DNA of 64,000 nucleotides from Candidatus Eiseniibacteriota bacterium (GCA_963783375.1 CAWANH010000028.1:864001-928000), one strand, 5' to 3'; positions 40,351 to 50,581 are shown, counted from the first letter of the stretch. Program-made: numbers and translations. Notes: generated from the sequence alone by a model not told the origin.

Positions 40351-41364
40351 ATGGCAGAAACGGAAACCCGGAACCTGGAAGCGCTGGAAGAGCTCGCCCA
40401 AGGCCATCGCCGCATCCTGGACGAGCTCCGGAAGGTCATCGTGGGTCAGGACCAGGTCATCGACGAGCTCCTGACCGCCCTCTTCGCCAACGGACACTGC
40501 CTTCTGGTGGGGGTGCCGGGCCTGGCCAAGACCCTCCTCATCCACAGCCTGGCCGACGTCCTGGACCTCAAGTTCAGCCGGATCCAGTTCACCCCCGACC
40601 TCATGCCCTCGGACATCACCGGCACCGAGATCCTGGAAGAGGACCGCACCACCGGGAAGCGGGCGTTCAAGTTCGTCCAGGGCCCCATCTTCGCCAACGT
40701 GGTCCTGGCCGACGAGATCAACCGCACGCCTCCCAAGACCCAGGCCGCGCTCCTCCAGGCCATGCAGGAGCGCCAGGTCACCGCGGGGGGGCAGACCTGG
40801 GACCTGGTGCCGCCCTTCTTCGTGCTGGCCACCCAGAACCCGATCGAGCAGGAGGGGACCTATCCGCTCCCCGAGGCCCAGCTCGATCGGTTCATGTTCA
40901 ACGTCCAGGTGGGCTACCCCTCCGCGGACGAGGAAGTGGCGATCGTGAACCGCACCACCGGCGGCGAGCGGGCGGAGCTCCGGCAGGTCCTCACCGGCGA
41001 GGACATCAACCGCTTCCAGGCCCTGGTGCGGCGGGTGCCCGCATCCCCCTTCGTGGTGGAGTACGCGGTGCGGCTCGCCCGGGCCACGCGTCCCACCGAG
41101 ACCGGGGGCGAGATCGAGTCGATCAAGCAGTACGTGAGCTGGGGAGCGGGCCCGCGGGCCAGCCAGTACCTCATCCTGGGGGCCAAGACCTGGGCCGCCC
41201 TGAACGGCTCCATGGCCCCGTCCTGCGACGACGTCCGCCGGGTGGCGCGGCCGGTGCTCCGCCACCGCGTGGTCACCAACTTCAGCGCCGAGGCGGAAGG
41301 GGTGAGCACCGAGGACATCATCGACAAGCTCCTGGCCGCGGTTCCCGAGTCTCCGGGGAAGTAG
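40351..41364 (+). CDS. MoxR family AAA+ ATPase
   Basis: 'HCLLVGVPGLAKT', 'RIQFTPDLMPSDITG', 'LADEINRTPPKTQAALL', 'ATQNPIEQEGTYPLPEAQLDRF'. Confidence 0.95.
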   Translation: MAETETRNLEALEELAQGHRRILDELRKVIVGQDQVIDELLTALFANGHCLLVGVPGLAKTLLIHSLADVLDLKFSRIQFTPDLMPSDITGTEILEEDRTTGKRAFKFVQGPIFANVVLADEINRTPPKTQAALLQAMQERQVTAGGQTWDLVPPFFVLATQNPIEQEGTYPLPEAQLDRFMFNVQVGYPSADEEVAIVNRTTGGERAELRQVLTGEDINRFQALVRRVPASPFVVEYAVRLARATRPTETGGEIESIKQYVSWGAGPRASQYLILGAKTWAALNGSMAPSCDDVRRVARPVLRHRVVTNFSAEAEGVSTEDIIDKLLAAVPESPGK

Positions 41365-41371
41365 CCCGCTC

Positions 41372-42271
41372 ATGTCCGACTCCGCCCTCCAGTACCTCGA
41401 CCCCCAGATCCTCTCCAAGGTTCGCGGCCTGGACCTGATCGCCCGGCTGGTGGTGGAGGGGTTCATGACCGGGCTCCACAAGAGCCCCTACCACGGGTTC
41501 AGCGTGGAGTTCGCCGAGCACCGCCAGTACATGCCCGGCGACCCGTTCAAGCACGTGGACTGGAAGCTCTACGGGAAGAGCGACCGGTTCTACGTGAAGA
41601 TCTACGAGGAGGAGACCAACCTCCGCTCCCATCTCCTGGTGGACGCCAGCGCCAGCATGGGCTACGCCTCCCCCGGAAGGCTCACCAAGTTCCAGTACGC
41701 CTCGTTCCTGGCCGCCGCCCTGGCCTACATGATGTTCGCCCAGCAGGACGCGGTGGGGCTCCTCACCTTCCGGGACACGGTGGACCGGCTCATCCCCCCG
41801 CGCTCCAGCAAGGGTCACCTGAAGCTGATCCTGAACCAGCTCGAGCGGACCCGACCCGGGTCGACCACCGCCATGGGCAACGCCCTGGAGTACCTGGCCG
41901 AGCGGATCAAGCGGCGCGGTCTGATTCTCCTGTTCTCCGACCTGATGGACGACCCCCAGAAGGTCATCCGTGGTCTCAAGCACTTCCGCCACCGCCAGCA
42001 CGAGGTGGTCGTGTTCCACGTGCTCGACCCCTACGAGATCGAGTTCCCCTTCCGCCAGGAGGCGGGGTTCGTGGACGTGGAAACCGGGCGAGAGCTCATG
42101 ACCCAGCCCTGGGAGGTGGCCCCGGACTACAAGCGGCGCTTCGAGGCGTGGAGCCTGGCCTACCAGCGGGCCTGCCTCGAGAACCGCATCGAGTACGTGC
42201 GCCTCTCCACCGACACCCCCTACGACGTCGCCCTGCTTCGCTATCTGGAGAAGCGGAAGACGCTGTACTGA
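41372..42271 (+). CDS. DUF58 (vWA-like) MoxR partner protein
   Basis: 'GLHKSPYHGFSVEFAEHRQY.PGD....DWK', 'VDASASM'. Confidence 0.93.
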   Translation: MSDSALQYLDPQILSKVRGLDLIARLVVEGFMTGLHKSPYHGFSVEFAEHRQYMPGDPFKHVDWKLYGKSDRFYVKIYEEETNLRSHLLVDASASMGYASPGRLTKFQYASFLAAALAYMMFAQQDAVGLLTFRDTVDRLIPPRSSKGHLKLILNQLERTRPGSTTAMGNALEYLAERIKRRGLILLFSDLMDDPQKVIRGLKHFRHRQHEVVVFHVLDPYEIEFPFRQEAGFVDVETGRELMTQPWEVAPDYKRRFEAWSLAYQRACLENRIEYVRLSTDTPYDVALLRYLEKRKTLY

Positions 42272-42439
42272 CCGGCCGGCGAGTGGACGGCGTCAAGGTT
42301 TGCTGACACGGAGTCGGTCTCAACCAGGATCGAATTTGTCCGTTTACGCTGTAGTGACACCCGCAATCGGGTGTCGGCGAAGTTTTCATAAATCGGCAAG
42401 CACTTGGAATCCATCATCTTGGCAAACCGTTAAAATTGT

Positions 42440-42468
42440 TTGACTTACAGGCTTGAATCCTCCATAAT
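42440..42468 (+). promoter_or_regulatory. sigma70-type promoter for PEP-CTERM gene
   Basis: TTGACT (42440-42445), 17 nt spacer, CATAAT (42463-42468) in AT-rich intergenic region. Confidence 0.55.
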
Positions 42469-42638
42469 TATCCTGTGTCGGAGGTGGGTCGAGGTTCGTG
42501 AGAGCCTTGATTCTAGCCCCGATCAGCTTCCGGCTCGGGCCGGAACGGGAGGTGGAAGGGCGGCGGGGTGTCAGGGATCAGCAACACGTGGTCGTTCGGA
42601 TTGTCCGGGTTGTCGTCGCCGGACGGGAGTTGAGTAAA

Positions 42639-43418
42639 ATGTCGAGGCTCACGAAGTTCTCATCGATCTTGATGCTCGCGGGAGGCTTCGCCGTTTGGGC
42701 GGCGGCTCCGGCGTCCGCCACGATCCTGAACCTCACCTCGCTGGGGTCGAGCGGCAACATCGGGACCGCGTTCTTCCAGCAGGTCAGCAACCAGTCCACC
42801 GGGACCGGGGTCATCGATCCGTTCGTGCGCTTGCAGCACAACGGTTCCGAGATGGGGTTCAACACCGATTACCGCCCCTTGAACGGGGACCTGGCCGACG
42901 TGAACAACTCTCCTCAGTTCACCCACTCGCTCAAGGTGGGGGATTTCGGGGTGGTGAACCAGGGCGGGGTCCAGAAGATCCGCTTTCTCCTGGACATCAA
43001 CCAGACCAGCAACAACCCGTATCTTTCCCTGGATCAGCTGAAGGTGTACGTCGCCGATGCCCCGGACCTTCACACCAACGCGTCGCTCTTCTCGCAGACC
43101 CTGATCTACGACATGGACGCCGGTGGCGACAGCAAGGTTCTCATGGACTATCGCCTGGAGAGCGGGAGCGGCTCCGGCGACATGTTCGCCTACCTTCCCT
43201 ACGATCTTCTCTCGTCCTACACCAACAAGTACCTCTACCTGTTCTCGGAGTTCGGGGCCAGCGGCGACAGCCTGGCCACCAACGACGGCTTCGAGGAATG
43301 GGCCCGCGTCGACGGCGAGCCCCCGACGTCCACCGTCCCCGAGCCGACCACGCTGCTCCTTCTGGGCGCCGGTCTCGCGGGGAGCGCGTTCATGCGCCGT
43401 CGCCGCCGCTCGGCTTAG
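42639..43418 (+). CDS. PEP-CTERM sorting-domain surface protein
   Basis: Signal peptide; 'STGTGVIDPFVRLQ', 'FLLDINQ', 'GSGSGDM'; C-terminal 'VPEPTTLLLLGAGLAGSAFMRRRRR'. Confidence 0.92.
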   Translation: MSRLTKFSSILMLAGGFAVWAAAPASATILNLTSLGSSGNIGTAFFQQVSNQSTGTGVIDPFVRLQHNGSEMGFNTDYRPLNGDLADVNNSPQFTHSLKVGDFGVVNQGGVQKIRFLLDINQTSNNPYLSLDQLKVYVADAPDLHTNASLFSQTLIYDMDAGGDSKVLMDYRLESGSGSGDMFAYLPYDLLSSYTNKYLYLFSEFGASGDSLATNDGFEEWARVDGEPPTSTVPEPTTLLLLGAGLAGSAFMRRRRRSA

Positions 43419-43457
43419 GAACCAATCAGGACCACACCTCGGCTCCTTGAACGACTG

Positions 43458-43492
43458 CCGGGGCGGCCCCATAGGCCGCCCCGGATTTTTTT
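43458..43492 (+). terminator. Rho-independent terminator after PEP-CTERM gene
   Basis: 11-bp stem CCGGGGCGGCC/GGCCGCCCCGG, 5-nt loop, T7 tract. Confidence 0.88.
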
Positions 43493-43514
43493 ACCCCTGT
43501 GCTAGGCTTTGCCC

Positions 43515-45593
43515 ATGCCGTTTTCGTTCCTGAACGCCGCGCTCCTGGCCGGAGCGGCCGCGGCCGCGCTACCCATCCTCATCCACCTCTTCAGCCGCCG
43601 CAAGGTGGCGCGGATCCCCTTTTCCACCCTTCAGTTCCTGGAGGAGATCGCCCGCCGCCGGGTGCGGCGGGTCCGGCTCACCCAGTGGATCATCCTGGCG
43701 CTTCGGGTCCTGGCCCTGGCGCTCCTCGCCCTGGCCCTGGGGCGCCCCGCCTTCCGGGGCGATTTCGCTTTCGGCAAGAGCCGGGGGGAGAGCGCGGTGG
43801 CCGTGGTGCTCGACCAGTCCTACAGCATGCGGGCCGAGGGGGAACGGCGGGCCCTGTGGGAGAAGGCTCTGGCCCGGACCGGTGAGGCGCTGGGGGCCAT
43901 GGAGACCGAGGACCAGATCTTCCTCCTCGGGGTGGACCCCCGGCGGGACGAGGTGGAATCCTACCCCGGACCACACGCCGCCGCCGAAGCCCTTCGCGGG
44001 CGGGAGGCCGGCTTCGGCACCACCGATCTGAGCGGCGCCGTGCACCGCGCGGGATCGGCTCTCACCGACGCCACCGCGCTCAACAAGGAACTCTTCATCG
44101 TCTCCGATTTCCAGCGGACCGGCCTGGGACAGGGGATCGAGCTGGGAAAGACGGACCTTCTCGCCGACCTCGACCCCAAGACCCGGGTGTTCCTGGTGCC
44201 GGTGGACGAGGGCCCCCTCCCCAACACCGCCCTGGAGGACGCCCAGCTGGTGGGAAGCTCCATGGACCAGCGCGTGCACATCCAGGCCGCGCGATACGGT
44301 GAGACCTCGGTGGACGGACTCTCGGTCACGGTCGAAGCGGGAGCGGGGGAGGTGCTGGGGGAGGCGGTGATGAGCCTCGGCCCCGAAGCCCGCGAGGGCG
44401 TGGACGTGGCGCTCACCCGGATGCCCGCCGAAGGGGAGGAACTCCGGGCCCGCCTCGCCCAGGACCGCCTTCCCGACGACGACGCGCATTATATCCCCGC
44501 CCTGGGGAGCGGCCGGGTGTCGACGCTCCTGGTGGAGTCTCCGGCCCAGCCCTCGCCCTACCTGGGCCTGGCCCTCAGCCCCGGAACCGATGAAGGGCGT
44601 TTCGACGTGAAGCGCGTCACCCCCGATGAGCTTCTCTCGGTGGGACTCGGCGACGTCCGGCTGGTCATCCTCGACAACATCACCAACGTCCCGCGCGAGG
44701 CCCTGATGCGGCTCCGTCAGTGGCACGGGGCGGGCGGGGCGCTCTTCATCACCCTCGGGGACCGGGTGGACCTCCGCTATTACAACGAGTCGCTCCTCCC
44801 CGCGCTCTTCCCCGGGGTCGCCCTGGGGAACCTGCTGGGCACCGACGAGGCCACCGGCACGAGCTACAGCCTGATTCCCCGTGCCGCCGGTCACGACGCT
44901 TTCGCCGGGTTCCAGGCCGAGGTCGGCCGGCCGATCACCGGGGCCTCGTTCTGGCGGATCGTGGAGATCAAGAACCAGGAAGGCGTCCGTACCCTGGCCG
45001 AGTTCGCGCCCGGCCTCCCCGCCCTGGTGCAGGGGGACCGCGAACTGTTGTTCGGCTCCTCGCTGGACGGACAGTGGAACAATTTCCCCACCCACGCCGC
45101 CTTCCTCCCGCTGATCCACCAGAGCCTGGACGCGCTCCTCCGCGAGGGATCCGAGGACCGGGTGGTGGTGGGCGAGCCGGTTCAGGGGGTGGTGGACCTG
45201 GCCGCGGTGCCCTCGGGCTCCGACCTGGTCTGCATCGGACCGGAGGGGGTGACCCTGGACGTGACCTCGGAGCCGGTGGCCCGCGGTCTCCAGGTACGAA
45301 GCGCCCCCACCCCGCGCCCCGGCTTCTACACCATCCAGGTGGCCGATCGCGAGATCCTGCGCCGGGCGGTGAACCTCGAGACCACCGCCGAGTCGGACCT
45401 CACCCCGCTCACCCGGGACGAGCTCCGACGGATGTTTCCCGGGAACCGCGTTACCGTGGTGGAGCCGGGCGAGGCCATCGGGACCCCGATCCGCGAAGCC
45501 CGTTACGGGCGCGAGTTCTGGCGGGAGCTGGTGGTGGTGGTCCTGCTTCTCATGATCAGCGAAGGCTGGCTCGCCCGGCGCGGGGTGGCCTGA
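43515..45593 (+). CDS. BatA-domain/vWA membrane protein (MoxR-associated)
   Basis: 'FLN...L......LPILIHL..RR...I.FSTL.FL', 'LALGRP', MIDAS-like 'VLDQSYSM', 'VSDFQ', C-terminal TM. Confidence 0.88.
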   Translation: MPFSFLNAALLAGAAAAALPILIHLFSRRKVARIPFSTLQFLEEIARRRVRRVRLTQWIILALRVLALALLALALGRPAFRGDFAFGKSRGESAVAVVLDQSYSMRAEGERRALWEKALARTGEALGAMETEDQIFLLGVDPRRDEVESYPGPHAAAEALRGREAGFGTTDLSGAVHRAGSALTDATALNKELFIVSDFQRTGLGQGIELGKTDLLADLDPKTRVFLVPVDEGPLPNTALEDAQLVGSSMDQRVHIQAARYGETSVDGLSVTVEAGAGEVLGEAVMSLGPEAREGVDVALTRMPAEGEELRARLAQDRLPDDDAHYIPALGSGRVSTLLVESPAQPSPYLGLALSPGTDEGRFDVKRVTPDELLSVGLGDVRLVILDNITNVPREALMRLRQWHGAGGALFITLGDRVDLRYYNESLLPALFPGVALGNLLGTDEATGTSYSLIPRAAGHDAFAGFQAEVGRPITGASFWRIVEIKNQEGVRTLAEFAPGLPALVQGDRELLFGSSLDGQWNNFPTHAAFLPLIHQSLDALLREGSEDRVVVGEPVQGVVDLAAVPSGSDLVCIGPEGVTLDVTSEPVARGLQVRSAPTPRPGFYTIQVADREILRRAVNLETTAESDLTPLTRDELRRMFPGNRVTVVEPGEAIGTPIREARYGREFWRELVVVVLLLMISEGWLARRGVA

Positions 45594-45605
45594 CCCCGCC
45601 GTGTG

Positions 45606-46781
45606 ATGAGCCGCTCGGCCGCCTTCCGCCTCATCATTCTCTTCGGGGTGGTGAGTCTCCTCGCCGACATGACCTACGAGGGGGCGCGGAGCATCACCGG
45701 ACCGTTCCTCGCCGTGCTGGGAGCGAGCGGGGCCGCGGTGGGGGTGGTGGCCGGCCTGGGCGAGCTGGTGGGCTACGGGCTCCGGTTGCTCTCCGGCTAC
45801 GCCGCCGAGCGCACCGGCAAGGTGTGGGCGTTCACCCTCGTCGGCTACGCGGTCAATCTCTTCTCGGTGCCGTTCCTCGCCCTGGCCGGGAGCTGGCCGG
45901 TGGCCGGTGCGCTCATGATCGCCGAGCGGACCGGAAAAGCCATCCGGGCTCCCGCCCGCGACGCGATGCTGTCCCACGCGGCCAAGGAAGTTGGGACCGG
46001 CAAGGCGTTCGGCATCCACGAGGCCATGGACCAGATCGGCGCGGTGGCCGGCCCCCTCGGGGTGGCCGGGGTGATGTACGTCTTCGGGGGCTACCGCCTG
46101 GGCTTCGGCTGGCTGGTCATCCCTGCGGTGGCGGCGATGGCGGTCCTCTTCCGCACGCGCCGGCTCTATCCCGACCCCCGTCGCCTGGAAGTCGCGGCGG
46201 CCGCCGGCGGGGAGAGCACCGCAATCCCCCGGTTGTTCTGGGTCTACGTGGCGGGGGTGGCGCTCACCGCCGCCGGCTTCGCGGACTTTCCCCTGGTGGC
46301 ATTCCACCTGGAGAAGGCGTCGGTGGTTCCGGCGGGGTCCATCCCGCTTCTCTACGCCCTGGCCATGGCGGTGGACGCCGGGGCGGCGCTGGCCTTCGGG
46401 TACCTCTTCGACCGGGCGGGGATCGGGGTGTTGGCGGTGGCGGCGCTGGTCACCTCCGGATTCGCGCCCCTGGTGTTCCTGGGCGGGACCGCTCTGGCCG
46501 TGGCCGGGATCGCGGTGTGGGGGATCGGCATGGGCGCCCAGGAGTCGATCATGCGGGCGGCGGTGGCCGAGATGATCCCCGCCGCGCGCCGGAGCTCAGC
46601 CTACGGCATCATGAACGCCGGCTACGGCGGGGCGTGGTTCCTGGGGAGCGCGGCCATGGGCTTCCTCTACGACCGCTCGCGGCTCTGGATCACCGCCTTC
46701 GCGGTGGGGATGCAGCTCCTGTCGATCCCGGTGTTCCTGGTGACGGCGCGGATGATGCGGCGGGGGGAGAAGAGGGCATAG
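45606..46781 (+). CDS. MFS transporter
   Basis: ~12 TM; 'VSLLADMTYEG', 'ER.GKAIR.PARDA', 'GKAFGIHEAMDQ.GA'. Confidence 0.92.
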   Translation: MSRSAAFRLIILFGVVSLLADMTYEGARSITGPFLAVLGASGAAVGVVAGLGELVGYGLRLLSGYAAERTGKVWAFTLVGYAVNLFSVPFLALAGSWPVAGALMIAERTGKAIRAPARDAMLSHAAKEVGTGKAFGIHEAMDQIGAVAGPLGVAGVMYVFGGYRLGFGWLVIPAVAAMAVLFRTRRLYPDPRRLEVAAAAGGESTAIPRLFWVYVAGVALTAAGFADFPLVAFHLEKASVVPAGSIPLLYALAMAVDAGAALAFGYLFDRAGIGVLAVAALVTSGFAPLVFLGGTALAVAGIAVWGIGMGAQESIMRAAVAEMIPAARRSSAYGIMNAGYGGAWFLGSAAMGFLYDRSRLWITAFAVGMQLLSIPVFLVTARMMRRGEKRA

Positions 46782-46910
46782 CCGGTTTCCCGTACCGCTC
46801 TGCCGGCCGGTCGCTCTAGATGGAATTCCGGTTGTCGAGACGGCGTATCATGATGCAATTGGTGTCCCCTCGCGCAGCATCCCATTACCCCAGCGAAAGG
46901 ATTGACCCTC

Positions 46911-47330
46911 ATGTCCACCGAAGACGAAGTTCGCAAAGCCTCAGACTTGTTCTACTCCGCGTTGAACCGCATGGCCAACGGCAATGCAGGGGCCATGGGC
47001 GACATCTGGTCGCATGGTTCGACCGTGACCGCCATGCATCCGATCGGCGGACGGGAAGTCGGCTGGGAGGCGGTCCGGACCTCGTTCGAACAGGTGGCCA
47101 AGCTGGCCTCGGACGGGAAGATCGAGGTGAAGGACCAGCTCATCCGGGTGGCCGGGGACATGGCCTACGAGCTCGGCATCGAGCACGGGCAATTCAAGCT
47201 CGGCGGACACCAGGTGGCCATCGAACAACGGGTTACGAACGTGTATCAGCGCGAGTCGGGATCCTGGAAGATCGTCCATCACCACACCGACGCCTCGCCG
47301 GCCATGATGGAGGTTCTGAGCAAGCTGTAG
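46911..47330 (+). CDS. SnoaL/NTF2-like (DUF4440-type) protein
   Basis: 'FYSALN', 'HP.GG...GWE.V', 'RVTNVY.RE.G.WKIVHHH'. Confidence 0.85.
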   Translation: MSTEDEVRKASDLFYSALNRMANGNAGAMGDIWSHGSTVTAMHPIGGREVGWEAVRTSFEQVAKLASDGKIEVKDQLIRVAGDMAYELGIEHGQFKLGGHQVAIEQRVTNVYQRESGSWKIVHHHTDASPAMMEVLSKL

Positions 47331-47591
47331 CCGGCCCCGCGCCAGCTGGGCGGCAGGCCGCTCGGGCGCCCGGCAAGGTCCGGCCGAGTCGACCCGACCC
47401 TGTTCCTGCCCCGGTCCGTGGTCAATGCCTCCCGGCTTCCGGCGGCGGCCCGGCGCGCCGGTCAACCCACCGCGGGAACCGTCGCCCTGGGAAATATCGA
47501 TCCTGGTGGTATGAGGTGTACCCGGGTACATTTTTTTCTGATTGCAACAAGAATTTCCATCAAATGATCCAGGTCCCGGCGATGAGACCGG

Positions 47592-48497
47592 TCAGCCCGC
47601 GCGGAATCGTTCGTAGCGGCGGGAAAGGAGAGCCGGATCCGGGCGAAGCGCCGGATCCCGCGGAAGCACGATCCGGTTTTGATGCATCCCCTTCAGCCCG
47701 TGGAGGAGCATCGGCCCATCCTCTTCCTCCAGGATGACCGGCTTGATCTCGACGACGTAGTCGGGGCGGATGCCGAGGAAGTTCCGGTCGAACGCCGCAT
47801 GGTGAAGCTTGCAGAGCGCCAGGCCGTTGGAGACAACCGGCTCGCCCTCCGGTTCCTTGTCCGGAATGATGTGGGCCGCATCCAGGAGCTCCTCGTGCCG
47901 GAGTCGGCAGAGCGCGCACTGCTCCCGGTAGGCCCGCAGAACGCGCTCCCGGAAGGACCGCTGATGAACGCGCTGCCGGACCACGGCCGTGACGTAGGCG
48001 CGCCGGACGCCGGCTTCCGGCTCGGCGACTAGCGAGAAACCGGTGCTCACGAATTTTGCGTCGTCCGCCTCGACCGTGAAGGACAGGCCTTCAGGGTCGT
48101 CACCCCGGACGTAAACCGGCCAGACCGCCAGGTACTTTCCCTTCACCAGACCGAAGAAATAGATGAGGGGCGTCTGGGTGGCCATCGCCCGCCGCAATCC
48201 CACGTTGTCCCGATGCTGCGGATCGGTGCCCCGATAGCGATAGCTCAGCCGGTCGCTGCCAATGAAGCCATCGTTGTAGGGACCGTTCGGCGTGGTGGTG
48301 ATGGACAGCGGGATTTCGCTGATCAAGCGCGGTTTGAAGATCCCCTGGGGACCCATCAGGGGAACCCGCTCGCCCCGGAAAGTGAACCCCTGAGTCAGGA
48401 GGGACCGGGGCAGAACATCACCGAGGAGATCCACCTGCTCGGCGAGCCAGGCGAACGCAGCCAGTCTGACGGCACGATCCGATTCGGTTCTGTCCAT
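47592..48497 (-). CDS. HNH endonuclease with SRA-like N-terminal domain (putative restriction enzyme)
   Basis: 'FRERVLRAY...CALC......LDAAHI.P......VSNGLALCKLHHAAFD' HNH; N-terminal 'GPYND....YRYRG....DN.GLR.AM....PLIYF'. Confidence 0.85.
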   Translation of the reverse strand: MDRTESDRAVRLAAFAWLAEQVDLLGDVLPRSLLTQGFTFRGERVPLMGPQGIFKPRLISEIPLSITTTPNGPYNDGFIGSDRLSYRYRGTDPQHRDNVGLRRAMATQTPLIYFFGLVKGKYLAVWPVYVRGDDPEGLSFTVEADDAKFVSTGFSLVAEPEAGVRRAYVTAVVRQRVHQRSFRERVLRAYREQCALCRLRHEELLDAAHIIPDKEPEGEPVVSNGLALCKLHHAAFDRNFLGIRPDYVVEIKPVILEEEDGPMLLHGLKGMHQNRIVLPRDPALRPDPALLSRRYERFRAG

Positions 48498-48556
48498 GGG
48501 ATTGCGTCAGATTAGCCGATACGAATGCCAGCCACCAGGCCATACCCGGAAGCCGC

Positions 48557-50095
48557 CTACCCCACCCCCAACCCCGCCTCCAGCGCCCGCACCGTGGTCT
48601 CGAGCACCTTCACCCGCGCGAAGTGCTTGTCGTCGGCCTCGACCAGGGTCCAGGGGGCATAGGGCGTGCTGGTGTGGCGGATCATGTCGCTCACCGCTTC
48701 CAGGTAGCGGGGGAGCTTGGCCCGGTTCCGCCAGTCCTCGTCGGTGATCTTGTAGCGCTTCCGGGGCACGGCCTCGCGCGCCCGGAACCGGCGGAGCTGC
48801 TCGTCCGGGCTCACCTGGAGCCAGCACTTGACCAGGATGATCCCCGCCTCGGAGAGCGTGCGCTCGAACTCGTTGATCTCCTGGTAGGCGCGCCGCCACT
48901 CCGGCTCGGTGGCGAACCCCTCCACCCGCTCCACCAGGACCCGCCCGTACCAGCTCCGGTCGAACACGGTCAGGTGGCCGGCCTTGGGGATCTCCCGCCA
49001 GAACCGCCACAGATAATGGTGCGCGGCGGCGGCGCCCTGGGGCGCGGCGATCGGAACCACCTCGTAGCCCCGAGGGTCGAGCTTCTCGGTCAGGCGCTTG
49101 ATCGCGCCCCCCTTCCCGCCGGCGTCCGAGCCCTCGAACACCGCCACCGCGGCCCGGCGCTTGGCGTAGGCCGCGAACTCCAGCTCGCGCAGGCGATCCT
49201 GGGCCCGGTGGAGCGCCTCCGAGTACGCCTCCGGCTCGAGCTTCTGCGAGAGGTCCAGCCCGGCCAGGGGCGAGTCCCGGGGAATCGGCGGCGGATCGGT
49301 GAGCGGATCCGGATGCGGCTCGAACGCGGCCGCCGCGCCCTCGGGCGGATCCGGCGCGTCGTGTTCCGGGTCGGGAAGGGCCACGCCGCGTGCTTCCAGC
49401 GCCCGTCGCAACGCCTCCGAGGCCTCGGTCAGGATCTTCACCCGCCGGTGGCGGTCGTCCTCCGCCTCCACCAGGACCCACGGGGCGTCGGCGGCGTAGG
49501 TGAGGGCCAGGGTCTCCTCGGCCAGCTCCACCACCCGCTTGTAGCCATGGCGCGCGGTCACCGGCTCCCGCGCCCGCCACTCCTGGTAGGGGTCCTTCGA
49601 CCACGCCTTCACCCGGCGCTTCTGCTCCTTCTTGCTGATGTGGAGCCAGAACTTGACCAGCACGGTGCCGTCGTCCACCACCTGGCGCTCGAAGTCCTTC
49701 GCGGCCTCGACCGCCCGGTCCCATTCCGCCTGGTCCAGCTCGCCGGCCAGGCGCGCCTCGATGAGCACGCTGTACCAGGACCGGTCCAGGATGCCGATTG
49801 CCCCCCGGGCGGGGAGCCGCCGCCAGAACCGCCAGAGAAGTGGCCGGAGCGCCTCATCCTCGGTGGCGGCGCGGGTGGTGTGCACCTTGAACCCGCGGGG
49901 GTCCATGTCCTCGACCAGGCGGGCGATGGCGTCGCCCTTCCCGGCCCCGTCCAGCCCCTCGAAGACGAAGAGCGCCCCCACGCCGTTCTCGTAGGCCGCC
50001 CGCTGGAGGACGGAAAGCTCGAGGCCGAGCCGGTCCATCGCGGCGTGGTACTCGTCCTTCCCGAGCTTGAGGTCGAGATCCAGGGTTTCGAGCAT
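48557..50095 (-). CDS. pap: Polyphosphate:AMP phosphotransferase (two-domain PPK2)
   Basis: Two PPK2 domains: 'FEGLDGAGKG...DPRG', 'DRSWY' and 'FEGSDAGGKGGAIKR...LDPRG', 'FDRSWYGRVLVERVEG'. Confidence 0.9.
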   Translation of the reverse strand: MLETLDLDLKLGKDEYHAAMDRLGLELSVLQRAAYENGVGALFVFEGLDGAGKGDAIARLVEDMDPRGFKVHTTRAATEDEALRPLLWRFWRRLPARGAIGILDRSWYSVLIEARLAGELDQAEWDRAVEAAKDFERQVVDDGTVLVKFWLHISKKEQKRRVKAWSKDPYQEWRAREPVTARHGYKRVVELAEETLALTYAADAPWVLVEAEDDRHRRVKILTEASEALRRALEARGVALPDPEHDAPDPPEGAAAAFEPHPDPLTDPPPIPRDSPLAGLDLSQKLEPEAYSEALHRAQDRLRELEFAAYAKRRAAVAVFEGSDAGGKGGAIKRLTEKLDPRGYEVVPIAAPQGAAAAHHYLWRFWREIPKAGHLTVFDRSWYGRVLVERVEGFATEPEWRRAYQEINEFERTLSEAGIILVKCWLQVSPDEQLRRFRAREAVPRKRYKITDEDWRNRAKLPRYLEAVSDMIRHTSTPYAPWTLVEADDKHFARVKVLETTVRALEAGLGVG

Positions 50096-50278
50096 GGGGG
50101 GATTATTCCACAAACCCGCGCGCCCGGCGGGAAACAGGACCCCGTTCCTCATGTTTGGCCAATCTCCGGCTTTCCGGGCGCTTTTGGTATAGTCGTATCG
50201 ATCCTCCCGGTCGACCCTCAAACGCGGCCGGACGGCGAGCCGGATCATCCTGCCGCCCGCGCCGGGGAGCGATAGGAC

Positions 50279-50581
50279 ATGGAAGCCAAGCTGACCCAGG
50301 ACGAGGACCGCTACCTTCACGACCTCCTGATCTGGGACGCCCGCCACCGCTCCATCGAATCGGTGTTCCAGCACGCCGCGCTCGGTCTGGGGGGGCTCAT
50401 CATCGTGGGGGCGATCGTGGTCGCTCTCCGGGGACTCACCGACCGGATGATCTACGGGATGCTGGTGCCGAGCATCCTCTGCGGGCTCTTCTTCGTGGGT
50501 CTCTACGTCTTCGGCCGGATCCGCGCCCACGAACGTCATCGCCTGGCCGGGATCGCCCGGAAGCTGATCGAGTACCGCTGA
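50279..50581 (+). CDS. Small two-TM hypothetical membrane protein
   Basis: AGGA RBS; two hydrophobic helices. Confidence 0.65.
   Translation: MEAKLTQDEDRYLHDLLIWDARHRSIESVFQHAALGLGGLIIVGAIVVALRGLTDRMIYGMLVPSILCGLFFVGLYVFGRIRAHERHRLAGIARKLIEYR

Noticed and set aside
42390-42440. sigma54 promoter for the PEP-CTERM gene
   Set aside because: GGCA starts are present but there is no GC at the -12 position with GG-N10-GC spacing
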